A DNA stretch of 37,919 nucleotides from Candidatus Methanoperedenaceae archaeon (GTDB taxonomy: Archaea > Halobacteriota > Methanosarcinia > Methanosarcinales > Methanoperedenaceae): positions 1 through 37,919 of the forward strand of contig CAVWCX010000011.1 of NCBI GenBank assembly GCA_963753595.1. The letters are read 5' to 3'. Under the pieces are notes generated by a model that was given only the letters and a program-made list of their open reading frames with translations, did no database searches and was not told where the DNA came from. Numbering within the stretch: position 1 is the first letter of the stretch; each line of letters opens with the position of its first letter. Shown here one piece after another: positions 28,214 through 36,302 of this stretch. A program made the position numbers and the translations under genes.

Positions 28214-29443
28214 TCATATAATTTCAATTTCAGGCAACGGGAAAATAAACTTCCCTCCTTGTGCCATAAACTCTTTTTCTCGTTCCAAAATTCCAGTCTT
28301 AAAATGCCAGGGGAGCACCAGGAAGTAATCGGGTTTCATCGCCCGAGCTTCTTTTTCTGAAATAATCGGAATATTAGTACCTGGAGTAAAAGACCCGAAC
28401 TTATCTTCGTTTACCTCTGCGATAAAAGGGATATGCTTTGTAGTCAATCCACAGAATTGTAAGAGCACATTTCCCTTTGTACTGGCTCCGTAACCAATTA
28501 TTTTCTTTCCATCAGCTACCAGTGCCTCTATTAGCTCTTTTAAGTTTTTACGATGACGGAAGACCCTCTCTTCAAAGTCTCGATATGGCTTAGGTGTGTC
28601 TAAACCCATATCATCTTCTTGCTTGAGCGTCCAATTAATTATAGGAATATTTGATTTGTACTTTGCATTCTTTTTACATGCGGTTATTGCAAAACTGCCA
28701 CCATTGATAGAATTCATTTGCACATCAATTACTCTAAGCCCACAGCTTTCCAGCATATTTTTTACTACTTTAAATGAATAAAATTCCAAATGTTCGTGAC
28801 AAACCGTGTCATAAGAATTTGTACGGAGCATACTGGGCATATAGCTCTGTTCAAAATGCCATACACCATCATCGGAAAGAACTGCTTCAATGTCCTTTAC
28901 AAATGCCATCGGGTTTTCCAAATCGTAAAACATGGCAATAGATGTAATAATCTTTGCTTTGTTGTCAGGAAAATTAGCCTTGAATGTTGTCGCAGAAAAA
29001 AAGTCTGGGATCAAAGTAATATCATCTGTATAGTATTGTTTAAACTTTTTTCCCGTCGGATCAATTCCCACTTTTTGGAACTTGCCTATATACGCCTTAA
29101 GCGAGGTGGCATCGTTACTGCCAATGTCAATCACTAAATCGGCATCTTTCGGTTTCACCATCTGCTCTAAGGTGTGGATTTTTTGCTGTAGATGTCTTAC
29201 CATAGAGCTGTTTAGACCCGAGCGGTACCCGTAATTATCCCCATACATTTCATCCAAACTGTATGATTGTTTCATCTGCAACAAACCGCTATCGGGACAC
29301 CAAACAAGATCGAGTGATCCTTTTGTGATCACTTCATTTGGTGATTTTGGAAATACACCGGTAAGATATTGTTCACCAAGCGATAATACCGTAATTAAGT
29401 TGGTACTTCCACTTATACGGCACTTTTTAATTTCTGTGTACAT
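28214..29443 (-). CDS. NDP-hexose C-methyltransferase family protein
   Basis: IDIGSNDA, GIDP, YDTVCHEHLEFY, NGGS, GYGASTKGNVLL, PGTNIPI and LVLPWHF, typical of TylC3/TcaB9-like C-methyltransferases. Confidence 0.85.
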   Translation of the reverse strand: MYTEIKKCRISGSTNLITVLSLGEQYLTGVFPKSPNEVITKGSLDLVWCPDSGLLQMKQSYSLDEMYGDNYGYRSGLNSSMVRHLQQKIHTLEQMVKPKDADLVIDIGSNDATSLKAYIGKFQKVGIDPTGKKFKQYYTDDITLIPDFFSATTFKANFPDNKAKIITSIAMFYDLENPMAFVKDIEAVLSDDGVWHFEQSYMPSMLRTNSYDTVCHEHLEFYSFKVVKNMLESCGLRVIDVQMNSINGGSFAITACKKNAKYKSNIPIINWTLKQEDDMGLDTPKPYRDFEERVFRHRKNLKELIEALVADGKKIIGYGASTKGNVLLQFCGLTTKHIPFIAEVNEDKFGSFTPGTNIPIISEKEARAMKPDYFLVLPWHFKTGILEREKEFMAQGGKFIFPLPEIEII

Positions 29444-29530
29444 ATTTTTAATCCGTTTGTTATAATTTGTTATATTAAATACTTTGTTATTATTTCAATC
29501 TAATGTAGATGCGTTACTTATATATTTATA

Positions 29531-31006
29531 TCATAACCATTCCGGCCATGTCACATTCATCAGCATTAGAATTCCTTTCAATTCTTCATAAATCTTCCTA
29601 TCCAATTTCAATATCAACACCCCATAAACTACCCCCCCAAGCACAACCGGCACCAGCGCCAGCCACACATTCGAGATCGGCACTACCAAACGGTACACAC
29701 CCACAACCGCCCCCATCGCAAAAGAAGCTTTTAAAAAATTGAGCAAACTGCTGCGTTCCATCCGAAAGGTGATATTCCGTGCCAGGACACGCCGTGCCAG
29801 AACAGCATTCAATGCCATTGTCACAAGGGTTGCAACCGCCGCCCCTGAAATACCCATTACAGGAATTAACGCTGCATTCAATGCAATATTAGCAACAACT
29901 GTCACAACTGTGATCTTGAACACATCCTTTAACTGGTTCATCGCGCTTAGATATGTGGTAAAAAAATACTGGAAAATGTTCACAATTTGTACTGCAAACA
30001 ACAACATAAGTGTCTTATAATTCACAAAATCTGCGCCATAGAAATAATACAGCAACTTATCGCCCAGCAATGCCCCACCAACAAAAACTGGCAATGCCAA
30101 GATGAGTGAAAAAGTTAATGCGCGAGAGAGCGACTCTTCGATTAGCCCTGTTTCACCAATCTGATTCCACCGGCTGACCCTTGGCCATAATGCTCCATGA
30201 AGTGCACTTGTTATAAATGCTGCTAGCGAGGTAAACTGGAATATTACCCGATATATGCCAACACTAGCATTATTCAGGAAATAACCGATCATCACCGAAT
30301 CGGAATACATGAACACTAAGCTCCCGCCTGAGACCAGAAACGACCAGAACGAAAATGAAGATAGGCTTTTCAGATGACTCCACCCAAAACGCACAAGATA
30401 CAGATCAAAAAAACGCAGTTGTATTATAGAACTAACAACCACCCCCCCAACAAAGCCTCCAGCCAGTCCTCCAACACCATAACCCAAAAAAATCGCGACG
30501 ACCTGAATAAGAATACGTGAGACATTATCAAGAAAACCTGCCGTTGCAGATATCCCCATTTTTCCACATCCTCCTATACCGCTTGAAACCGCCCCATGCA
30601 AAATTGTGACGACCAACGCAACCAACAACCAGATGAATGTTCCCGCAGTATTCAGGTCTACAAAATAACTGCGGAATGCGATCAGCACAACCACAACTAA
30701 AGTCACGAACACAGAGCGCAACACAACAAATGCACTGAAATATGCATCGGGTTCTTCTCCCTCACTGATGCGCTTTATTGCCGCACTGCCAAAACCGCCG
30801 TCTGTCATAAGGCTGATGATGCCGAAATATGCTAAAAACAGGAAATATGCACCCAGAATACCTGCACCCACTGCATGCGCAAAATACATTGTACTCAAAA
30901 ACCCAATTAATGTAAATGCAATCTGCCAGATAAGCGACACTATACTCTGCCGCCGTATTGGCTCGATGGACATGATGCGTGAGAAGAGGGTATTTAGTTT
31001 GAGCAT
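29531..31006 (-). CDS. Oligosaccharide flippase (Wzx/AglR, MOP superfamily)
   Basis: Highly hydrophobic multi-TM protein; DGGFGSAAIKRISEG, DSVMIGYF...VGIY and NAALIPVMGISGAAVAT motifs. Confidence 0.9.
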   Translation of the reverse strand: MLKLNTLFSRIMSIEPIRRQSIVSLIWQIAFTLIGFLSTMYFAHAVGAGILGAYFLFLAYFGIISLMTDGGFGSAAIKRISEGEEPDAYFSAFVVLRSVFVTLVVVVLIAFRSYFVDLNTAGTFIWLLVALVVTILHGAVSSGIGGCGKMGISATAGFLDNVSRILIQVVAIFLGYGVGGLAGGFVGGVVVSSIIQLRFFDLYLVRFGWSHLKSLSSFSFWSFLVSGGSLVFMYSDSVMIGYFLNNASVGIYRVIFQFTSLAAFITSALHGALWPRVSRWNQIGETGLIEESLSRALTFSLILALPVFVGGALLGDKLLYYFYGADFVNYKTLMLLFAVQIVNIFQYFFTTYLSAMNQLKDVFKITVVTVVANIALNAALIPVMGISGAAVATLVTMALNAVLARRVLARNITFRMERSSLLNFLKASFAMGAVVGVYRLVVPISNVWLALVPVVLGGVVYGVLILKLDRKIYEELKGILMLMNVTWPEWL

Positions 31007-31128
31007 GTTTTTATCAATAAACTTGATTTTAGGTTTTTTATCTGTGGAATCCGTTTTTCACACCTACTGAATTAAAGCTTATAACAATAAATTTCATTGA
31101 TATTTGCCGAAATATGAGTAAATCCACC

Positions 31129-32163
31129 TCACACCTTCCCCATATCCCCTTCCACCATCATCTTCACCAGTTCCTCAAATCCAACTTTAGCCTCCCACCC
31201 CAGCTTCTCTTTAGCTTTTGAAGGATCCCCCATCAATATATCCACCTCTGTCGGTCTGAAGTACCTCTCATCGATCTCGATCAAAACATCCCTGTTCGCA
31301 GCATTAACCCCTTTTTCATTTACACCTGTTCCCTGCCATCCTATTTCAATCCCGATCCCCCTAAACGCAAGCTCGACAAACTCCCGCACGGAATGCGTCT
31401 TACCCGTTGCGATCACAAAATCATCCGGCTCATCCTGCTGGAGCATCAGCCACATGGCTTCTACATAATCCCTGGCAAACCCCCAATCTCTTTTTGCATC
31501 CAGATTTCCAAGATATATTTTTTTCTGTAGTCCTTTTTTTATTCTGGCTATGGCCATCGTGATTTTCCTGGTAACGAATGTCTCGCCGCGGATCGGGGAT
31601 TCATGGTTGAAAAGGATTCCATTGCATGCGAACATGCCATATGCTTCCCTGTAGTTCCTGGTTATCCAGTATGCATATAACTTAGCGGCAGCATACGGGC
31701 TTCTTGGGTAGAAGGGTGTTGTCTCTTTTTGCGGGATTTCCTGGACTTTTCCATAAAGTTCGCTGGTTGAAGCCTGATAGAATCTTGTTTTCTTTTCCAA
31801 TCCAAGTATCCTTATAGCTTCAAGGAGCCTCAATGTTCCGACTGCATCCGAATTTGCAGTGTATTCCGGAGTTTCGAATGAGACCTGCACATGGCTCTGG
31901 GCAGCAAGGTTGTATATTTCATCTGGCCGGGTTTCCTGGACAATCCTGATCAGGTTCGTGGAATCAGTCAAATCCCCGTAATGCATGAAGAAATTCACGT
32001 TTCTCTCATGCGGATCTTTGTATAAATGGTCTATCCGTTCTGTATTAAATGATGATGATCTTCTTTTGATCCCGTGAACGATATACCCCTTGTTCAGCAG
32101 GAACTCTGCAAGATATGCGCCATCCTGTCCTGTAATGCCAGTTATTAAAGCTGTTTTATTCAT
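31129..32163 (-). CDS. gmd: GDP-mannose 4,6-dehydratase
   Basis: [53 protein letters not shown] and RDWG motifs. Confidence 0.97.
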   Translation of the reverse strand: MNKTALITGITGQDGAYLAEFLLNKGYIVHGIKRRSSSFNTERIDHLYKDPHERNVNFFMHYGDLTDSTNLIRIVQETRPDEIYNLAAQSHVQVSFETPEYTANSDAVGTLRLLEAIRILGLEKKTRFYQASTSELYGKVQEIPQKETTPFYPRSPYAAAKLYAYWITRNYREAYGMFACNGILFNHESPIRGETFVTRKITMAIARIKKGLQKKIYLGNLDAKRDWGFARDYVEAMWLMLQQDEPDDFVIATGKTHSVREFVELAFRGIGIEIGWQGTGVNEKGVNAANRDVLIEIDERYFRPTEVDILMGDPSKAKEKLGWEAKVGFEELVKMMVEGDMGKV

Positions 32164-32308
32164 GTTCAGTCCCTTAAAAAGCTCCTTAAATCTTAAAACT
32201 AATATACTTTAATTCATTAAGAATTTTTCGTTTATTTTTTTTGATGTTTACCAATTACATTGGAAACAATTATTATTCCACCCGCTTTTACAGGGGGGAG
32301 GAATCTTA

Positions 32309-33070
32309 TTGAATGCAGCAGTATTTGCCGTAGAAAATATTCCGCTCATCAAGAAAGGCGATGATATAGCACGTATTTTGACACAAAGGGCCAAACTCAG
32401 TGAACACGATATCATAGCCATTTCTTCTACAGTAGTTTCCAAATCCGAAGGAAGAGTAATTTCCCTGAAAAACGTGAATCCAACAGAAAGGGCAAAGCTT
32501 ATAGCTATAAATAATAAAACCGACCCGCGGTTTGTCCAGGCTGTGCTTGATGAAAGCATTGAAATATTGCTTGAGTTCCCTTTTCTTCTTGTTCGTATGA
32601 AGAATGGCAGTATATGCGTCAATGCAGGAATTGACCATTCAAATGTAGAAGGCAGCGACAATATACTTCTGCTGCCAGAGGATCCTGATAAGAGCGCATT
32701 GGCTCTAAAAAGAACATTATTTAATTACACGGGTAAGAATGTCAGTGTGATCATCACTGATACCAACGGCAGGGCTTTCCGTATAGGACAGACCGGTGCA
32801 GCCATCGGATGCGCCGGGATTAAACCGACACGGGACTGGCGCGGTACAAAAGACCTGTTCGGCAGGGTACTTGAAGTAAAGAATGAAGGCATCGTGGATG
32901 AAATAGCAGGTTTCACCAATATATTGATGGGTGAAGGTGATGGCGGTATGCCCATCGTCGTTATACGGGGTATCCACCTGTATGATGAATCAAATGGAAT
33001 AAAAGAATTATATAGGCCTGAAAATGAAGATGTGATACGTAAGGTAATAATTAAATCCCGGTCAGTTTGA
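32309..33070 (+). CDS. cofE: Coenzyme F420-0:L-glutamate ligase
   Basis: IPLIKKGDD, VSKSEGR, NAGIDHSN, LPEDPDKSA, ITDTNGRAFRIG, DLFG and MGEG motifs. Confidence 0.93.
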   Translation: MNAAVFAVENIPLIKKGDDIARILTQRAKLSEHDIIAISSTVVSKSEGRVISLKNVNPTERAKLIAINNKTDPRFVQAVLDESIEILLEFPFLLVRMKNGSICVNAGIDHSNVEGSDNILLLPEDPDKSALALKRTLFNYTGKNVSVIITDTNGRAFRIGQTGAAIGCAGIKPTRDWRGTKDLFGRVLEVKNEGIVDEIAGFTNILMGEGDGGMPIVVIRGIHLYDESNGIKELYRPENEDVIRKVIIKSRSV

Positions 33071-34235
33071 ACTGTTTCGTCTCTTTTTTGACTTCAAATA
33101 ATTCCCTTGCAATATTACCCACTTTTTCCCTATATTGCTTTGGTGTGAAAACACCGAGGCGCCAGTTGTCAAGCTGCGCTTTTTCAAGTGATGCCACAAG
33201 ATTTGAGGCTTTATCAATGCCAATCATTTTACCATTAATGATAACCTGGGCTTTCATTTCAGCGATCGCGGGTTTTTCAGGAATGTCCACCAGCACATAT
33301 CCAGGATCAATGCCTGCGATTTGCGCTATTTCGTTTTCGATCCTCTTCGTGTTTTTTTGAATATTTGTGACATCAATATTCACAGAATGAAAATCAGTAT
33401 ATAGCGCCCGCTTAAAAAGCTTTCTTTCATCCAGCCTGTTTGCTATCTCGGATGCGTAGCCTCCTGCTTTTTTCATTTCCATCATGAAAGTGCAATCATC
33501 CATTCTCCTGAGTAACTTCGGGTCAAGTCCATTCTCTATCATATATTGCGCCGCATGATGGCACATGGATTCTGCGATCCTGCTGACATGATGAAAATAT
33601 ACTGTAGGATGCATAAGGAATCTTGATACAAGCAGGGATTCTGCTGCCTGTAACCCTCCGATATTCAGTACAAGTTTATTTTCATTGAACTTCAATTCAT
33701 GGATCAACCTTACATGGTCAATGAGGCCAAAAGCCACACCCGTATAATGGGCATCCCGCACAAGATAATCCATCCTGTCCACATCAATTTCGCTGTGTAT
33801 TATCTGTCCCGGATTTGTTTCTCCCCTGATATGACGGGCAATTGCGGATGGAGATAAAGAATAACCTTTGAATATATCGGAAATTTCTCCTTTTCTTAAT
33901 AATTCTTCTATATCTTCATGGCTTTTTCTCGTATAACGTGAGATCACTTCTTCGGTCGCATGTGAAAAAGGCCCATGTCCAATGTCGTGGAGAAGTGCCG
34001 CTGCCAGAAGTTCATTACGCTGCTGCTCATCCACCTGTTTTATAAGTTTTTTTGCAAGATGATAAACACCGAGTGAATGCTCAAAACGCGTATGATTTGC
34101 ACCGGGGTAAACCAGATTAGAGAAGCCCAGCTGCCTTATCCTGCGAAGCCTCTGTACCTGCGGCGTTTCGATCAAAGAAAGCGCAAGTTCGTCAAGTTCA
34201 ATATAATCATGTATCGGGTCGCGAATTACTTTCAT
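33051..34235 (-). CDS. HD-domain phosphohydrolase (dNTP triphosphohydrolase/SAMHD1-like)
   Basis: IRDPIH, QRLRRIRQLG, HTRFEHSLG, LHDIGHGPFSH and DVDRMDYLVRD motifs. Confidence 0.9.
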   Translation of the reverse strand: MKVIRDPIHDYIELDELALSLIETPQVQRLRRIRQLGFSNLVYPGANHTRFEHSLGVYHLAKKLIKQVDEQQRNELLAAALLHDIGHGPFSHATEEVISRYTRKSHEDIEELLRKGEISDIFKGYSLSPSAIARHIRGETNPGQIIHSEIDVDRMDYLVRDAHYTGVAFGLIDHVRLIHELKFNENKLVLNIGGLQAAESLLVSRFLMHPTVYFHHVSRIAESMCHHAAQYMIENGLDPKLLRRMDDCTFMMEMKKAGGYASEIANRLDERKLFKRALYTDFHSVNIDVTNIQKNTKRIENEIAQIAGIDPGYVLVDIPEKPAIAEMKAQVIINGKMIGIDKASNLVASLEKAQLDNWRLGVFTPKQYREKVGNIARELFEVKKETKQFKLTGI

Positions 34236-34252
34236 AGGTTATTTTCACCTGA

Positions 34253-34570
34253 TCAGGTAAGTTCATAAATTATTTTTCCTTCCGTTGATGCGTATCTTCC
34301 AATAGTGCCGGGAATCTTTTGGTCTCTTTCATATTCTTCTCTTGTGAGGATGATTATATCAAATGCATATTTTAATTCAGTCAGAACCCGAAGCATTTCA
34401 ATCATTAATTTTCTGCGTTTTTCTTTTATGGGAGATATTACTAAGAGATCAATGTCGCTTTTGTTGTCGGCTGTCCCGCACGCTTGAGAGCCGAAAAGGA
34501 TTATCTTCTCCGGGTGGAATTTTTCCACGAGGCGGCGCGCGGCTTCGTTGAGAACTTCCTGACTTACCAT
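34253..34570 (-). CDS. Minimal nucleotidyltransferase (MNT), orphan
   Basis: IILFGSQACG...SDIDLLVI, FDII and EGKIIY motifs; GAGGTG SD; no HEPN partner downstream. Confidence 0.85.
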   Translation of the reverse strand: MVSQEVLNEAARRLVEKFHPEKIILFGSQACGTADNKSDIDLLVISPIKEKRRKLMIEMLRVLTELKYAFDIIILTREEYERDQKIPGTIGRYASTEGKIIYELT

Positions 34571-34728
34571 TACAGCACCTCTTCATAAATGATTCTTGAG
34601 GTTTCAATTATAGAATTCAACTGCAGATTAACGTAGATTAACCCGACCGGCGGATTGTTGCACCGCTCTTTTCCCTTGTGGTCGTATTGCTCGATGGATT
34701 TCTTCTCGGTTCTGGTGGTTTTGGACAT
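34570..34728 (-). pseudogene. N-terminal relic of a probable Type III R-M DNA methyltransferase (Mod)
   Basis: MSKTTRTEKKSIEQYDHKGKERCNNPPVGL matches my recollection of the Y-x-H...R-x-NNPPVGL start of a Mod subfamily; similarity ends at codon 30. Confidence 0.55.
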
Positions 34729-34803
34729 TCTGAATATATCTATAATTGTAGATGTGTGTTAAATATATTCTCTTTTATTCATATCCACACGCATCTTTAA
34801 GCG

Positions 34804-34847
34804 CCGGGGCAAGCCCCGGACCCCACGGCTGCGCCGCCTGGCGGTGG
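34804..34847. repeat. GC-rich REP-like palindromic element
   Basis: Perfect inverted repeat CCGGGGC-AA-GCCCCGG followed by a second CCGC/GCGG stem, in an AT-rich intergenic region. Confidence 0.5.
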
Positions 34848-34877
34848 AGCTTTCGAGTTCAATCAAATCTACTAATT

Positions 34878-35285
34878 TTATTTAAGTTTCAATGCAGTTT
34901 TCAGGTCAATTGGTTTTATAAGATTCTTTATAGAATCAAAATGGTCATCATCTGTCAATATATGTTTGACATTCTCAACTATTCCGGTTGCTGCGATGAG
35001 AGAATTCGCTGTGGGAATATCATATTTCAGGCGCAATTCTCCAGCTCGTGTAGCGATAGTTCTGTTCACATCCACAAAAATAAGGGTGGAGGTAATCAAT
35101 TTGCCAAGGTCGCTACGCATACTTTCTTTATCTTTCATGCCGCGTATCTTGATAAGTTCCGTTATAGTGATCACTGAAGCAAGTCCGGTTATTTTTTTAT
35201 TATGTATCGATTCTGCAAGTTCAAAATATGAATCATCCATGAGCAAGTCCGCAACATGCATCGTATCGATCAAGATCGTGTTCAT
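34878..35285 (-). CDS. vapC: PIN-domain (VapC-like) toxin
   Basis: ILIDT, ITITEL, AGELR, A(N)SLIAAT and ILTDDDHF motifs; directly downstream of an AbrB-type gene. Confidence 0.85.
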   Translation of the reverse strand: MNTILIDTMHVADLLMDDSYFELAESIHNKKITGLASVITITELIKIRGMKDKESMRSDLGKLITSTLIFVDVNRTIATRAGELRLKYDIPTANSLIAATGIVENVKHILTDDDHFDSIKNLIKPIDLKTALKLK

Positions 35286-35513
35286 CTAATACCTGTCTTC
35301 TTTACGCATATCTTCGATTTGCTTTCTCACAGCTTTAGGATCAAGATCAGACCACGATCCGCAAAGCGTTCGAAGATCCGTCGGGGGCAGGATTTTAAGA
35401 TAACCATCCTCCTCTATAATGACGAGCTTTTCACCTTTCTCAAGCCTGTACTTCTTCCTGATATTCGCAGGTATCACTATCTGCCCCTTTGCACTCATGG
35501 TTATAGTTTCCAC
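35286..35513 (-). CDS. AbrB/MazE-family antitoxin (VapB-like)
   Basis: MSAKGQIVIPANIRKKYRLEKGEKL swapped-hairpin motif. Confidence 0.9.
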   Translation of the reverse strand: METITMSAKGQIVIPANIRKKYRLEKGEKLVIIEEDGYLKILPPTDLRTLCGSWSDLDPKAVRKQIEDMRKEDRY

Positions 35514-35546
35514 ATCTTACTGGTAAGACGGCATGGAATTTATGTG

Positions 35547-36074
35547 TTACCATGTTGCACAGCATTTTTTATATTTTTTTCCGCTTCCGCATGGGCAGGG
35601 TTCATTTCTTCCAATCTTATTTCCCTTTTCTCTTGTATTGCCTTTATTTACCATCTCTTTAAAAAGAACATAGTGGCGGGAAAGCCGCTCTACGTAGCTC
35701 TTATCTTTTATCATTCCTTGAAATAATTCCAAAAAATCATTTGCATATTTTGATTGCACACATCCAATTTCAAGATGAGGCTGCGTCATCATGTTTATCA
35801 GGTTTGGATCTGCTCTTCCCATCCACTTTTTATAAAATTCAGGCGTTTCCCAGCCATAACTGATGGTAGCAAGAATATCCCCTGGTGAATCCCTTGAAAC
35901 CACATTGATAAAAATCCGTCTGCAATCACAATTCAATTCGTCACAATAAGATTCCAAAAGACTATAAATTCCATTGGGGATTTTACTATTATTTGAAATG
36001 ATTATTGTTCTTGTTTCAACGGCTGCAATTTCTGGCAACTTCTCGAATAATGGAACCATTGGCATAAAGTTCAC
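35547..36074 (-). CDS. SEC-C motif protein
   Basis: C-terminal [20 protein letters not shown]; internal ESYC...CDCRR cluster. Confidence 0.85.
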   Translation of the reverse strand: MNFMPMVPLFEKLPEIAAVETRTIIISNNSKIPNGIYSLLESYCDELNCDCRRIFINVVSRDSPGDILATISYGWETPEFYKKWMGRADPNLINMMTQPHLEIGCVQSKYANDFLELFQGMIKDKSYVERLSRHYVLFKEMVNKGNTREKGNKIGRNEPCPCGSGKKYKKCCATW

Positions 36075-36148
36075 TTCTTCTTAGACTTTGTTTTATTTTT
36101 TGTGCTACTTTTGGACTTACTTTTCTTTTTGATGGTTTTCAGTATCAT
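36071..36148 (-). CDS. Putative 25-aa Lys-rich micro-protein
   Basis: [25 protein letters not shown]; AGGAGA just upstream; its stop overlaps the SEC-C GTG (GTGA). Confidence 0.4.
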   Translation of the reverse strand: MILKTIKKKSKSKSSTKNKTKSKKK

Positions 36149-36250
36149 GTTCTCCTGAATCCGTTTACCATTCCGTTAAATTAACCAACTGAAAACCATA
36201 TCGTTAAATGGATTGAAATAATTTGTGTTTTGGTCGTTTGATATCAAATT

Positions 36251-36268
36251 AGAAAAAGCCTTTATACA
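36251..36268 (+). promoter_or_regulatory. Probable BRE/TATA box of leuA
   Basis: AGAAAAAGCC followed by TTTATACA, about 35-40 nt upstream of the ATG. Confidence 0.5.
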
Positions 36269-36302
36269 ATAAAACGATATTTAGGCTTGATAACCATGAT
36301 AA

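Noticed and set aside
33051-33070. 20-bp convergent overlap of cofE and the HD gene
   Set aside because: Short tail-to-tail overlaps are common; no further evidence of regulation.
13196-35513. Pyrrolysine read-through at TAG stops
   Set aside because: The TAG-ending proteins appear complete and are closely followed by the next gene; no pyl genes in the window.
34752-35726. Plus-strand ORFs over vapBC and the SEC-C gene
   Set aside because: Antisense shadows without motifs.
36071-36148. Ribosomal protein L41e
   Set aside because: Similar length and charge, but it lacks the Arg-rich KWxKKR pattern.
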